From positions 641,881-705,880 of the forward strand of contig WLWS01000001.1 of assembly GCA_012103475.1 (NCBI GenBank): a stretch of 64,000 nt of DNA, in the 5' to 3' direction. Under the pieces are notes generated by a model. The model was not told where the DNA came from. It saw only the letters and a list, made by a program, of their open reading frames with translations, and searched no databases. This document shows, in pieces, positions 41,902 to 51,424 of the stretch. Numbering within the stretch: the stretch's first letter is position 1; each line of letters starts with the position of its first letter. This stretch comes from Gammaproteobacteria bacterium. GTDB lineage: Bacteria > Pseudomonadota > Gammaproteobacteria > Eutrophobiales > Eutrophobiaceae. The position numbers and the translations under genes were made by a program.

Positions 41902-43437
41902 ATGTCCACACAATTACAGGAACTTGAAGAAGATTCTCAATGGAAGCAGAAGTATGTTGAGGCGATAAATGAACTTGATGATCAGGGGAAGAAGTGGGCT
42001 GATGAAGAGGCTGTACTTTATAAGTCAATCCTGAGGCTGGTATTGAGCTACTCCGGGGCTGACGAAAACCTCGATCTTAGTCTCGCCTCCATGCGACAGC
42101 GTCTTCGACAAGAAACCGGTAGTGAAGCACGTAAGAAAATCATCAACCCTGTCATAGACGAAATTATTCATTTCAGCACGGACAGGACTACTGCCCCTGA
42201 AAATGATCCACTATTGTCTCTACTCGAAAACCTGTCTCTACCGGGCGAGTCGGGAATAGAAATTATGGGGCTGCGCAAACGGGCTCGCGATATTAAAGAA
42301 GAGCAGGAGCGTCTGCAGCTGACTCAGGATCTGGTTGAAATACTCAGCCGAAAAAACTCAGAAGCAGAAGGTCATGAGAATTCTGAAGAAAATTTTCCAC
42401 ATTTGCGAGATACACTGCTGGAGCTTTTTCAGTGGCTATCGATTCCCGATGAGTATTCAAACCGGGTCGAACAACTCAAGACTCAAATCTCCAAACTTCA
42501 AAGCGATCCGGACTTGTCTGCAACATTGCGTGAGACCGCCATCGTCATCAACGACCTGCAAGCGGCTTTGCAAGTGGAACTCGGTGACATTCAAAGTTTT
42601 CTGGCGAGGGTAACAGACAGACTTGAAGACGTTGAAAGCAATTTTATCGAACTCATGTCTACAGACGGTGAGAGCTTGCTTGAAACGGAAAAAATGAACC
42701 AGCAGGTTGAGGAAAATGTAAAACGTATTCGCGATGGCCTGGCAACCAGTGATGATGTAGAAACAATAAAACAATCTATTGAAAGCCGTTTACAGTTTCT
42801 TGAACAAAGCACAAATAATTATTTTCAGTCTATGCAGCAGCATCGTCAGGTATTTGATGATCGGGTAAGAATACTCAAGTCCAGGCTAAAACAGATGAAG
42901 GGTGAATCAATAACGCTTCATAAACGAATTCTGGAAGAATATCGAAAAGCGAAAACCGATGCGCTGACTGGAATCGCCAACCGGCTTGCCTATAACGAAA
43001 AACTAAAGCACGAGATCAGCCGTCGACAGCGCAACCACAAACCACTCTCTATTTGCGTAGTTGACGTTGACAAATTTAAAGGTGTGAACGATACCTATGG
43101 TCATAAAGCTGGTGACAAGGTATTACAAACCATTGCGCAAGTGTGTTCAAAAAATGTTAGAGAGGTGGATTTTTTTGCACGCTATGGTGGTGAAGAATTT
43201 GTCCTGCTTCTGCCTGAAACCAGAGTCGAACAGGCTCGCGTCGTCGCAGACAATCTGCGCAGACAAATACAGGTATGCAAATTTCATTATGCGGGGCAAC
43301 CAGTCAGTATCACGATCTCCTGTGGTATCGCAGAGTTTAGCGGAGAGGATAGTGGTGATACTGTCTTCAAGCGTGCAGATAAAGCCCTCTACCGGGCAAA
43401 ACAGGAAGGGCGTAACCGGGTTATCGTTGCAGACTAG
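41902..43437 (+). CDS. Diguanylate cyclase (coiled-coil N-terminal region + GGDEF domain)
   Basis: 511 aa. The active site is RYGGEEF, with an RxxD I-site (REVD) five residues upstream. The N-terminal ~330 aa are helical or coiled coil with no TM. Confidence 0.9.
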   Translation: MSTQLQELEEDSQWKQKYVEAINELDDQGKKWADEEAVLYKSILRLVLSYSGADENLDLSLASMRQRLRQETGSEARKKIINPVIDEIIHFSTDRTTAPENDPLLSLLENLSLPGESGIEIMGLRKRARDIKEEQERLQLTQDLVEILSRKNSEAEGHENSEENFPHLRDTLLELFQWLSIPDEYSNRVEQLKTQISKLQSDPDLSATLRETAIVINDLQAALQVELGDIQSFLARVTDRLEDVESNFIELMSTDGESLLETEKMNQQVEENVKRIRDGLATSDDVETIKQSIESRLQFLEQSTNNYFQSMQQHRQVFDDRVRILKSRLKQMKGESITLHKRILEEYRKAKTDALTGIANRLAYNEKLKHEISRRQRNHKPLSICVVDVDKFKGVNDTYGHKAGDKVLQTIAQVCSKNVREVDFFARYGGEEFVLLLPETRVEQARVVADNLRRQIQVCKFHYAGQPVSITISCGIAEFSGEDSGDTVFKRADKALYRAKQEGRNRVIVAD

Positions 43438-43438
43438 A

Positions 43439-44746
43439 TCACTGTTTCAGATAATCGACCACCAGTGTGGACAAAGCCTTTACACCTAAAGGCAGCACAT
43501 CTTCATTAACATAAAACAGGGGAGAGTGGTTGGAAGCCGCTTCTTCAGGCCCGACACCTTCTTTGTTAACGCCCAGAAAAAAATAAAGCCCTGGGATTTT
43601 CTCCTGATAAAAAGAGAAGTCTTCAGAAGGGGTCAGAGGCCGTACTTCCGTTAAGCCCTTACCGGCAACCCGACGCAGACTCGGTAACATACGTTCAGTC
43701 AGTTCAGGATCATTGTAGGTAACCGGGGCATAGGGCAGTATATTGACCTGGGCTTTAGCGCCAGCACTGGCAGCAATATTCGTTGCGGTTGTGTGAATCC
43801 GCTGCAAAACATCTTCCCTCACTGTGGTATCAAGAGTGCGAATCGTACCTTCCATCTCCACCGTATCCGGAATTATGTTTGAACGCAGGCCACCATGAAT
43901 ACTGCCGATTGAAATGATCGTCGGTACCAGCGTCGAATCCAGTTGCCGGCTCGGGATCATCTGTAAGCCCATTACAATTTGCGAGGCGACTACAATCGGA
44001 TCGTTTCCTGCCCAGGGTCTTGCTCCATGAGTCTGCGCACCAGTCACTGTGATTTTAAAGGAATCAGCCGCTGCAAGAGTACCGCCCTTTCGATACCCGA
44101 TTACCCCGGGTGGCGCCGGAAAAGTGTGAAGACCGAAAATAACCTCAGGCCGGGGTTTAGCCAGCACACCTTCTTTAATCATCAATTTTGCGCCGCCTTC
44201 TTCACCAGCAGGCGGGCCTTCTTCCGCCGGTTGAAAAATAAACTTCACTGAGCCCTGTAACTCATCTCGCATCGCGTGCAAAACTTCGGCCACCCCCATC
44301 AACACGGCTGTATGTACATCGTGCCCGCAGGCGTGCATCACCCCAACTTCTTTGCCGTTGTAACTGGTTCTTACTTTCGAAGCGAAAGGTATGTCAACGC
44401 GCTCCGTTACCGGCAAGGCATCCATGTCAGCACGTAAAGCCACAACCGGCCCCGCCTTGCCGCCCTTTAACAAACCAACAACACCTGTGTGTGCTACTTC
44501 TGTCTGAACCTCCATACCGAGACTACGCAGATGCTCCGAGACCAGTTTCGCAGTGCGCGTTTCCCGGTTCCCTAGTTCCGGGTGCTGATGAATATCTCGC
44601 CGCCAGGCTACTACTTTTTTACTAAGCTCTTTTGTGTAAGTGGCTATCAGTTTATCGCTATCAGCTGCCAGCGCTTGCGTCGCATTTAGAAAAAAGAAAC
44701 AAAGAAGCAGTGCTTTGTATTCGTTACGAATTGTTATTTGTCTCAT
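43439..44746 (-). CDS. Secreted M20-family amidohydrolase (hippurate hydrolase / N-acyl-amino-acid amidohydrolase-like)
   Basis: 435 aa. It has a signal peptide, HACGHD metal-binding motif and the FQPAEEG pattern of the M20D subfamily. Confidence 0.85.
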   Translation of the reverse strand: MRQITIRNEYKALLLCFFFLNATQALAADSDKLIATYTKELSKKVVAWRRDIHQHPELGNRETRTAKLVSEHLRSLGMEVQTEVAHTGVVGLLKGGKAGPVVALRADMDALPVTERVDIPFASKVRTSYNGKEVGVMHACGHDVHTAVLMGVAEVLHAMRDELQGSVKFIFQPAEEGPPAGEEGGAKLMIKEGVLAKPRPEVIFGLHTFPAPPGVIGYRKGGTLAAADSFKITVTGAQTHGARPWAGNDPIVVASQIVMGLQMIPSRQLDSTLVPTIISIGSIHGGLRSNIIPDTVEMEGTIRTLDTTVREDVLQRIHTTATNIAASAGAKAQVNILPYAPVTYNDPELTERMLPSLRRVAGKGLTEVRPLTPSEDFSFYQEKIPGLYFFLGVNKEGVGPEEAASNHSPLFYVNEDVLPLGVKALSTLVVDYLKQ

Positions 44747-44807
44747 AGTGTTCCTGCTCCGATATAATCAAATTTGATGACTTACTTTCGCGCTTCGCTA
44801 TTTCTAA

Positions 44808-45821
44808 TCATTTTCCAGTTCCTTTACCTGACTTGATAATTCGCCCGGATTCTCCCCGCAACTTAATAAAATTATCGTAGCGCTCAGTATCAATCTCTCT
44901 TCGATCCAGAGTATTCTTTACAGCACAGCCCGGCTCCCTGGAATGAGTGCAGTCGCGAAAGCGGCACTGCGAGGCCAGTTCAAGAATGTCAGCATAGCTT
45001 GCCTCAATTCCATCTTCTGCACCAAATACACCGAATTCCCTCATACCTGGATTATCAATTACCATTGCACCATTCTCCAGCACAATTAGCTCCCGTCGCA
45101 CTGTGGTATGCCTGCCTTCGCCGGAGTCGCTTACAGCTTGCGTTTCCATAACATTCCGACCCACCAGTCCATTAACAATCGTACTCTTCCCGACACCTGA
45201 TGAGCCGACAAAACAATAGGTCCTGGCGGCAGATAAAATACCCTTGAGATCATCAAAACCTTCTTTAGTAACATTGCTAATCGCTATTACAGGATCAGTA
45301 ATGTCTGCATTTCTGATCTGTTCAATTTGCTCTGCCAATACTTCCGTTGTAACCAGATCAGTTTTGCTTAGAAGAATTACCGGCGTCGAACCGCCTTCCT
45401 CTATCATTACTAAATAGCGCTCCAGTCTTTTCAGATTAAAGTCGTAGTGACACGATTGTACGATAATGACAACATCAATATTTGCGGCAATCATCTGATA
45501 TTCGACTGAACCACCGATTGCTTTGCGACGCAGATAAGTCCTCCGCTCGAATACCTTGTGAACTACACCAAATTTCTCGAGTTCTGATTTTTCAATATAC
45601 ACCCAGTCACCAACACAGGGACGATCCGATGCTGATTCGAATTCATAGATACATTTGCCGGAGAGTTTGGCGCGGAAGAACCCGGTTTCACCAAGCAGAA
45701 GCAACTGATCGCGATCTACTGACGCCACCCGCGCTACAGTTAATTCATTCTCAGAGAATTCGTATGCTTGTTGTATAAACCAGTCACACCAGCCTAAAGA
45801 ATCAAGAGTCATTTCCGTCAT
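44808..45821 (-). CDS. rsgA: Ribosome small-subunit-dependent GTPase A
   Basis: It has circularly permuted GTPase motifs (LSKTDL, then GSSGVGKST) and a C-terminal zinc knuckle CRFRDCTHSREPGCAV. The start is taken at MTEMTLD (45821), overlapping the upstream gene by 20 nt. Confidence 0.85.
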   Translation of the reverse strand: MTEMTLDSLGWCDWFIQQAYEFSENELTVARVASVDRDQLLLLGETGFFRAKLSGKCIYEFESASDRPCVGDWVYIEKSELEKFGVVHKVFERRTYLRRKAIGGSVEYQMIAANIDVVIIVQSCHYDFNLKRLERYLVMIEEGGSTPVILLSKTDLVTTEVLAEQIEQIRNADITDPVIAISNVTKEGFDDLKGILSAARTYCFVGSSGVGKSTIVNGLVGRNVMETQAVSDSGEGRHTTVRRELIVLENGAMVIDNPGMREFGVFGAEDGIEASYADILELASQCRFRDCTHSREPGCAVKNTLDRREIDTERYDNFIKLRGESGRIIKSGKGTGK

Positions 45822-46845
45822 ACAATTTTTTACAACCCTCAAACAATGCCTGCAGTTTGTGCCGTCCAAAGCTATTCATTAGCACCACGTTTCGTGCTGG
45901 TATTTGCTCAACATCCGGGTATTCCGCAATAGCTCGTTCGAGACTCTCCTCCCTGAGGATATGTAACATAGGGTAAGGGGAGCGATTTGTATAATTCTCA
46001 GCATCATCCGCGTTCGTGCCATCAAACTGGTAGTCTGGATGAAAACTGGCTATTTGATAAACACCTTCGAACCCCGAGTCCAGAAGAAATTTATCGACGT
46101 AATTCAAAAACTGATTGTAGTCATGAAAGTCCTGCAAAACATCCGAGTGAATCAGCAATGTAGTTTCAATTGAGGGATCTTTATTAAGCAAGCTCAACTC
46201 GTCTTGTAGAGACATCAATAATTGTTCCTCTGTTCTCGCCTCGGTGGTCACAAAGCGAACCCGATTATTCAGCATCTCATTTCTGGCAAACGGGCAAAGA
46301 TTCATTTCCACCACAAAAGTTTTAATCCACTGTCGTACTGTCAGAACTGTTTTTTCGTCGTTGTAAAGCTCATTTGTTAATTCGATAATAAACAGAGGTA
46401 AGTTACGTCCGGGTATGCTTGCAGATTTCCGCATTCCGACTGGGCTGCCGCCCGCTGCTCGATAAAACTTTTCCGCATTTGGATCACCCTGAATCAGCAG
46501 TGTTTTGCCACCCAGTTCCTTAACCGTGTTTTTTGCATGATCTATTAATGCCTTTCCCACACCTGTTCCAATATGTGCAGGTTCAACAAACAATGCTTCA
46601 AGTTCGTATTCGTTCTCAGTAAGTTTTTCAATCGCATAATATCCAAGTAATTTTGAGTCTTGCTCTGTAAGCATATAGCGGAAATCGCTCATGGCGATAT
46701 CATTAGCTGTAGCGGTCAGTTCTTCTCGACAAGCCTCCATAAACTCCTGTGAATACCCCCAGTACGCCTTTGAGCGCATTGCTAAGGCGCTGATATCTCC
46801 GGCCTCATGTGTTTTGGCATTTCGAATTGTCAGCGAACTATTCAT
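45802..46845 (-). CDS. Fusion protein: N-terminal GNAT acetyltransferase + C-terminal DUF1415 domain
   Basis: Residues ~1-158 carry the GNAT motif A region (LFVEPAHIGTGVGKALI). Residues ~165-340 match my recollection of DUF1415 (NLCPFA...FHPDYQF...NYTNRSPYP). Confidence 0.65.
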   Translation of the reverse strand: MNSSLTIRNAKTHEAGDISALAMRSKAYWGYSQEFMEACREELTATANDIAMSDFRYMLTEQDSKLLGYYAIEKLTENEYELEALFVEPAHIGTGVGKALIDHAKNTVKELGGKTLLIQGDPNAEKFYRAAGGSPVGMRKSASIPGRNLPLFIIELTNELYNDEKTVLTVRQWIKTFVVEMNLCPFARNEMLNNRVRFVTTEARTEEQLLMSLQDELSLLNKDPSIETTLLIHSDVLQDFHDYNQFLNYVDKFLLDSGFEGVYQIASFHPDYQFDGTNADDAENYTNRSPYPMLHILREESLERAIAEYPDVEQIPARNVVLMNSFGRHKLQALFEGCKKLYDGNDS

Positions 46846-46962
46846 GTCACTTAAAGCCTCGCATCAGCACCTGACAAAGCCTGTAGTGATTTGGCAGTCC
46901 GTCTGTAATCTTTTTTCGTACAGTATATTTTCTCGTTGATCTCGAGATATTCGGAAGAATTA

Positions 46963-47946
46963 TCAGATGTTGCCATAGTAATCTGCGCGTACACAGGCGC
47001 CAATGAAATTACAAATGAGCCGTTCGGCATGAATCATCGTCGTATTCCCAACGTCATACTGCGGTGCAATTTCTACAATATCCATGCCCAGTACCTTTCC
47101 TTTATTCACCAGGCTATGGAGCAGCTTTCGGATTTGAACCCAGGTTAATCCCCCCGGTGTTTGTGCCATCACAGCAGGCATGATGCTCGGGTCCAAGCCA
47201 TCTGCATCAATTGTTATATAGTAAGGCCCGCCATCCAGAATTCGATCGATCGTTGCCTCGATCCCCATTTCATGCATCTCGTAGGCATCTATAACAGTTG
47301 CCCCATAAGCCAGGGCATCTTCCACCTCCGAGCTGCGTGCACTCCCAATACCCCTCATTCCAATTTGCACAATCTTGTCGATCCATGGCATTTCTGATGC
47401 CCGGCGGATAGGACTAGAGTAACCCTGGGTTTCGCCATTGATTTCATCGCGCCAATCCAGATGCGCATCAATGTGCACAAGAGTTATTGCCGTTTCAAAG
47501 ACCTCAAGTTCTCGTAAAACAGGAATCGGGACGCCGTGATCTCCCCCTAAAGTGATCAAAGTGGTGTTTTGAGCAAATATTTTTCTGACAGCCTGTTCTG
47601 CTCGAACATAATGCTGGCGGTGATCAGACATGTCGGCCGTGACATTTCCGCAATCCACTACTTTAACATTTCGATTGTCCAGTAAGGGCCCGCGCAAATC
47701 CCAATCATAATGATTCAGGGTATAGGCTATGTCGGTCTTGTTTGTGAAATGTCGAATTGCATCCGGTGCACGGCTTTGATCATTGGCCATAGTATCTGGT
47801 GAATATGGCATTCCAAACGGAATACCGAGTAGCGCAATATCGGCTTCAAAATCATCTAATTGATCGACAAAAGGAAAATCTAAAAACGTACATGGTGACT
47901 CGCCGGGTAGCTCGACAATCGGAGAGTGAATTTGTTTTTTGTTCAT
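46963..47946 (-). CDS. Ureohydrolase (agmatinase / guanidino-acid hydrolase family)
   Basis: 327 aa. Arginase-fold Mn-binding motifs are present: GGDHG, HIDAHLDWRDE and TIDADGLDPS. Confidence 0.85.
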   Translation of the reverse strand: MNKKQIHSPIVELPGESPCTFLDFPFVDQLDDFEADIALLGIPFGMPYSPDTMANDQSRAPDAIRHFTNKTDIAYTLNHYDWDLRGPLLDNRNVKVVDCGNVTADMSDHRQHYVRAEQAVRKIFAQNTTLITLGGDHGVPIPVLRELEVFETAITLVHIDAHLDWRDEINGETQGYSSPIRRASEMPWIDKIVQIGMRGIGSARSSEVEDALAYGATVIDAYEMHEMGIEATIDRILDGGPYYITIDADGLDPSIMPAVMAQTPGGLTWVQIRKLLHSLVNKGKVLGMDIVEIAPQYDVGNTTMIHAERLICNFIGACVRADYYGNI

Positions 47947-48081
47947 ATTGCGATCTCAGTTGAAGGACACGGGAATAGATTATATCTGTGATTCTGGAAC
48001 TGCATGAAGCCGTGGTTACCCGAGTTAGAATTATTATCGCGAAGCGGCATCATGAAAGGGCCGGGCCGGTTGACTGCCGTG

Positions 48082-48417
48082 TTATCCCTTTTTAAAGAAT
48101 TTTTCATTTGGGTGTTCTGGCTTATTTGCCATTTCGACCATATGGCGCTTTTGATCTTCTTTGTCAGCATTTATACGGGCTCTGCAAATCTGGCAACGCT
48201 TTGCAAAAGAATTAATGGTTTTTCCTAATTCTTCATACCAGTGTTTTTGTTGCAGAGCTGTCCAAACCGATCTTTCAGAACAATCTGAGCATTCGTACTC
48301 CACGTCATAATAAAAATCCGGAGGGATTGCGTAAGTATTGTCGTTAACACCCCACTTTTCCTTATCTACGACTATTCTTGTTTCAGCCTTATTTTTAGTT
48401 CGCTTTCTATTTCTCAA
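48082..48417 (-). CDS. Hypothetical zinc-ribbon protein
   Basis: 111 aa. It has a basic N-terminus and two CxxC pairs (CSDC...CQIC). It lies immediately upstream of the ureohydrolase gene on the same strand. Confidence 0.5.
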   Translation of the reverse strand: MRNRKRTKNKAETRIVVDKEKWGVNDNTYAIPPDFYYDVEYECSDCSERSVWTALQQKHWYEELGKTINSFAKRCQICRARINADKEDQKRHMVEMANKPEHPNEKFFKKG

Positions 48418-48465
48418 GGCATCATCTCTATTCGCAACATAACAGTTTATTCTATGGTCAAGGTC

Positions 48466-49470
48466 TTAGTTGAAAGCCACGCCCCAATCGGCCACGGCAT
48501 GGCGAAACGACGGCCTCTCTGCCAGACGTTCAGCGTACGCCCGAACATTATAGCGATAGACCGCTCTCTCGTGCGGGTAGGCCTCGGGATCCCACAAATA
48601 GCCCATCCCCAGCTTTTTCAGACGATAGAGGTTGATACCCCAGAAAAGGTCGGCCATTGTATAACTATCGCTGCATAGCCAATCTGTTGTCGCACTAGCT
48701 AGCGCACTCTCCAGGGTGCCGATAAGGTTCGCTGTTCGTGCAAGCACACCGTTCATGAAGTCGGCATCCTCCAGGAAATCGACAGCAGCTTGCTCCTTCA
48801 CCATCTTGGCTTCGATAGCCCTGACTATAGTCTCGTTAGAACTATAAATCCCACGCACCTTTTTAAGAGCCTTGAGCTTGCGGGGCATGGCACCGTCGGC
48901 ATACTTCCTGATACTCGGTGGGCGGGGGTCAACACCAGGGTGTGTACCAAAGGAAAGTGCGATATTGGGGATGTCGTCCACGATCGCCGTCTGTGCATCA
49001 ATCTCTGTTACCAAGGCTGCAGGTCGCAGCGTTGATTGGCCGATTTGTGAATCGATGTAGCGGCAGATACGTTGCGAATCGATCACAATATTCTCTGCTT
49101 CACAATCAATAAAAGTGGGAACAACGGTAGGATCAAAACCATACTTGCTGGTAGAGCTACTACCCGTATGTCCGCTGACAAAATCTTGACCCCTGCTTCC
49201 GGCGATACGCAACTTCACATAGTCAGGATGATAAGTTGGCCAGGGCTCTGCAACGATGGGGATGTCGTGTGATAAGTAAGGCACGGCCAACTCGGCAAGC
49301 ACGGTTCGCACTTTCTGCGCACAAATCGAACCGACATTGTGGTAAAGCTCATATTTCGCCTGTTCATTGGAAGCCAAACCACCCTGCAGTGTTCTTGTAT
49401 CGCAGTCGGTCAACGCAGCTTCGGCGTCGGCAGTCAACTTGTCGAAATGCTCAATCTTGGAAATTGTCAT
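48466..49470 (-). CDS. Glutathione S-transferase-like protein (extended)
   Basis: 334 aa. It has a thioredoxin-like N-domain pattern (YELYHNVGSICAQKVRTVLAEL) and a helical C-domain. It carries long insertions relative to a ~220-aa GST. Confidence 0.55.
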   Translation of the reverse strand: MTISKIEHFDKLTADAEAALTDCDTRTLQGGLASNEQAKYELYHNVGSICAQKVRTVLAELAVPYLSHDIPIVAEPWPTYHPDYVKLRIAGSRGQDFVSGHTGSSSTSKYGFDPTVVPTFIDCEAENIVIDSQRICRYIDSQIGQSTLRPAALVTEIDAQTAIVDDIPNIALSFGTHPGVDPRPPSIRKYADGAMPRKLKALKKVRGIYSSNETIVRAIEAKMVKEQAAVDFLEDADFMNGVLARTANLIGTLESALASATTDWLCSDSYTMADLFWGINLYRLKKLGMGYLWDPEAYPHERAVYRYNVRAYAERLAERPSFRHAVADWGVAFN

Positions 49471-49555
49471 ATGTCCTACCTTCTCATATTGGAACTGGGA
49501 GCTTTGCTGGCTAATGCCAGAGATTGAATACGATATTGGATTGATAATATGTTAA

Positions 49556-49576
49556 TTAATATTGATATTTTATTAA
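49556..49576. promoter_or_regulatory. Candidate LysR-type T-N11-A operator dyad
   Basis: A perfect TTAAT-N11-ATTAA dyad in the divergent spacer between the GST-like gene and the LysR gene. The background is very AT-rich, so a chance match is plausible. Confidence 0.3.
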
Positions 49577-49613
49577 TATTTGTTAACTTTTAGTTAAATT
49601 ATGAGGTTTCAAT

Positions 49614-50513
49614 ATGAAACTGAATCAACTTAAAGCACTGATTGCTCTAGCTGATGGCCATGGAATTGCTGGCGCAGCCGAACAATTACACGTTTCGAAG
49701 CCAGCGATCACCAAGACCATTGCCAATATTGAGGACGAACTGGGCGTCAAGTTATTCGATCGCTCGAAATACCGCTTACAACCGAACAAATACACAGAAA
49801 AACTGCTAATACGAGCCAGAGCAATTTGTGCAGAGCATGAGCAGGCGTTACGTGATATTGAATCGCTGAAAGAGCACGACCAACATATTGTCCGCCTGTC
49901 TGGATCTCCTGGAACTCTGCCCGTCTTGATTCCGAAAGCCCTGCAATTGGCGCATCATCAAAAACCGGGACTCATGCTGGATTTTGTCGGTGATGCCAAC
50001 GCGCCCTTTAGTCAAAAATTTAAAGAGTTACGAGAAGGAAAGTTTGATCTGTTGATCTCTGCAATCGATGAAAGCATTGATCTCAGCGAATTACACTTTG
50101 AATCATTGATGACGATACAGGTCTCGATCATTGCCAGTAAAAATCACCCCATCAGGCAGCTTTCTCGACCAACACTAAAAGATGTGAGTGGCTACCACTG
50201 TCTTGCTCCTCACAGCCTGTCGGAAAACTCTTTAACACGAAAAGCGTTTTACCGGGCCGGCGCACACTTTCCTCAATTGTTTACAGTCCTGCCCATGCGC
50301 GAAATGATCGCCACCATGCTACACCATGGTGAATACATTGCCTTCTTACCTTTGCACAGTGCCTTGATCGACAGTGATCTAATTGTTTTTGATGCCATCG
50401 ACGTCGCTGAAGAATTACCAGCATGGCCCTTGTATTTAATTCGGCGAAAATTGAGTGAACCTTCAGCTGCTCAGCATTTGTTTGTAGATATGCTGAAGGA
50501 GCTGATAAATTAA
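49614..50513 (+). CDS. LysR family transcriptional regulator
   Basis: 299 aa. It has an N-terminal wHTH (LKALIALADGHGIAGAAEQLHVSKPAITKTIANIEDELGVKLFDR) and a C-terminal substrate-binding domain. Confidence 0.9.
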   Translation: MKLNQLKALIALADGHGIAGAAEQLHVSKPAITKTIANIEDELGVKLFDRSKYRLQPNKYTEKLLIRARAICAEHEQALRDIESLKEHDQHIVRLSGSPGTLPVLIPKALQLAHHQKPGLMLDFVGDANAPFSQKFKELREGKFDLLISAIDESIDLSELHFESLMTIQVSIIASKNHPIRQLSRPTLKDVSGYHCLAPHSLSENSLTRKAFYRAGAHFPQLFTVLPMREMIATMLHHGEYIAFLPLHSALIDSDLIVFDAIDVAEELPAWPLYLIRRKLSEPSAAQHLFVDMLKELIN

Positions 50514-50647
50514 TCCCGAGAGACCAAAAACAGTAAACTAACCAGAATCTGAAAATAATTCTGACAGTCTCTCATCGGTCGATGACGGACACCTCTAACT
50601 AGACTGAATGTCTGCTTCCGAGTGTGCAGTGGAGATTCAAAATAAGA

Positions 50648-50724
50648 TGGCGCGCCCGACAGGAGTCGAACCTGTGACCTCTGCCTTCGGAGGGCAGCAC
50701 TCTATCCAGCTGAGCTACGGGCGC
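50648..50724 (-). tRNA. tRNA-Arg (anticodon CCG)
   Basis: Hand-folded cloverleaf. The acceptor is GCGCCCG/CGGGCGC, the anticodon stem CTGCC/GGCAG with loop CTCCGAA, and the T-loop TTCGACT. The discriminator is G and CCA is encoded. Length 77 nt. Confidence 0.95.
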
Positions 50725-50835
50725 CTTTTGTAATTCGTCGAAATATCGAAATTATTCTATCTGAAGTTTTCAGTCTGAGCGACAATGGGTATACTGCTTG
50801 CTCCAATAATAAAGTTACCGGCGTTAGGAGTGGTT

Positions 50836-51363
50836 ATGAGCCAGGAAAAAGATAAAGTATTTTTTAGAAATTATTCGATCGTTATCGGCATTTTAACCAT
50901 ATTCATTGTGATATTTATTGTTGCGGCCAGAATGGTTGTGCCTTCGGACGATGGCTTGAATCCGCGCCAAATGGCAAAAGCTGATAAGAACACTACTCCG
51001 GTTGGCGAGGTCCGTCTTGAAGGCGAAGCCTTACCGGCAGAAGAGCCCGCCGAGGAAATGCTTGCTGCAGCGGAAGAAACTGCTATGGGGGCAGGTGCTG
51101 AAACTGCCGATCCGGGTAAACAGGTCTATAGTAGCTTATGCTTCTCCTGTCATGGCACCGGCTTACCGGGCATCCCTCAGCTAGGTGACAAAAGTGCCTG
51201 GGCAGAGCGTGTCGCAAAAGGGACTGATACTCTCTATGCCAACGCCATAAACGGCTATGTCGGCAGCAGTGGTATACCAATGCCGGCGAAAGGCGGCAAC
51301 ACTGCATTGAGTGATGATGAGGTCAAGGCGGCTGTTGATTATATGGTCTCCAGTGCCGAGTAA
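50836..51363 (+). CDS. Membrane-anchored cytochrome c5-family monohaem cytochrome
   Basis: The start is at MSQEKD (GGAG-type RBS upstream). It has one N-terminal TM, an Ala/Glu-rich linker, CFSCHG haem motif and the ...MPAKGG... distal Met region. Confidence 0.8.
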   Translation: MSQEKDKVFFRNYSIVIGILTIFIVIFIVAARMVVPSDDGLNPRQMAKADKNTTPVGEVRLEGEALPAEEPAEEMLAAAEETAMGAGAETADPGKQVYSSLCFSCHGTGLPGIPQLGDKSAWAERVAKGTDTLYANAINGYVGSSGIPMPAKGGNTALSDDEVKAAVDYMVSSAE

Positions 51364-51378
51364 GATTATTTGAAAACC

Positions 51379-51407
51379 AAAAAGGAGGCCTCTGCCTCCT
51401 TTTTTTT
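51379..51407. terminator. Bidirectional intrinsic terminator between convergent genes
   Basis: AAAAAGGAGGC-CTCT-GCCTCCTTTTTTTT has a GC-rich stem flanked by an A-run and a T-run. Confidence 0.8.
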
Positions 51408-51424
51408 GCGCGTCGCATAACTCT

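Noticed and set aside
44808-50724. Genomic island integrated at tRNA-Arg(CCG)
   Set aside because: There is no integrase, transposase or phage gene. I did not spot a direct repeat of the tRNA 3' end. Composition does not look different from the flanks by eye. The genes look like ordinary metabolic and ribosome-associated functions.
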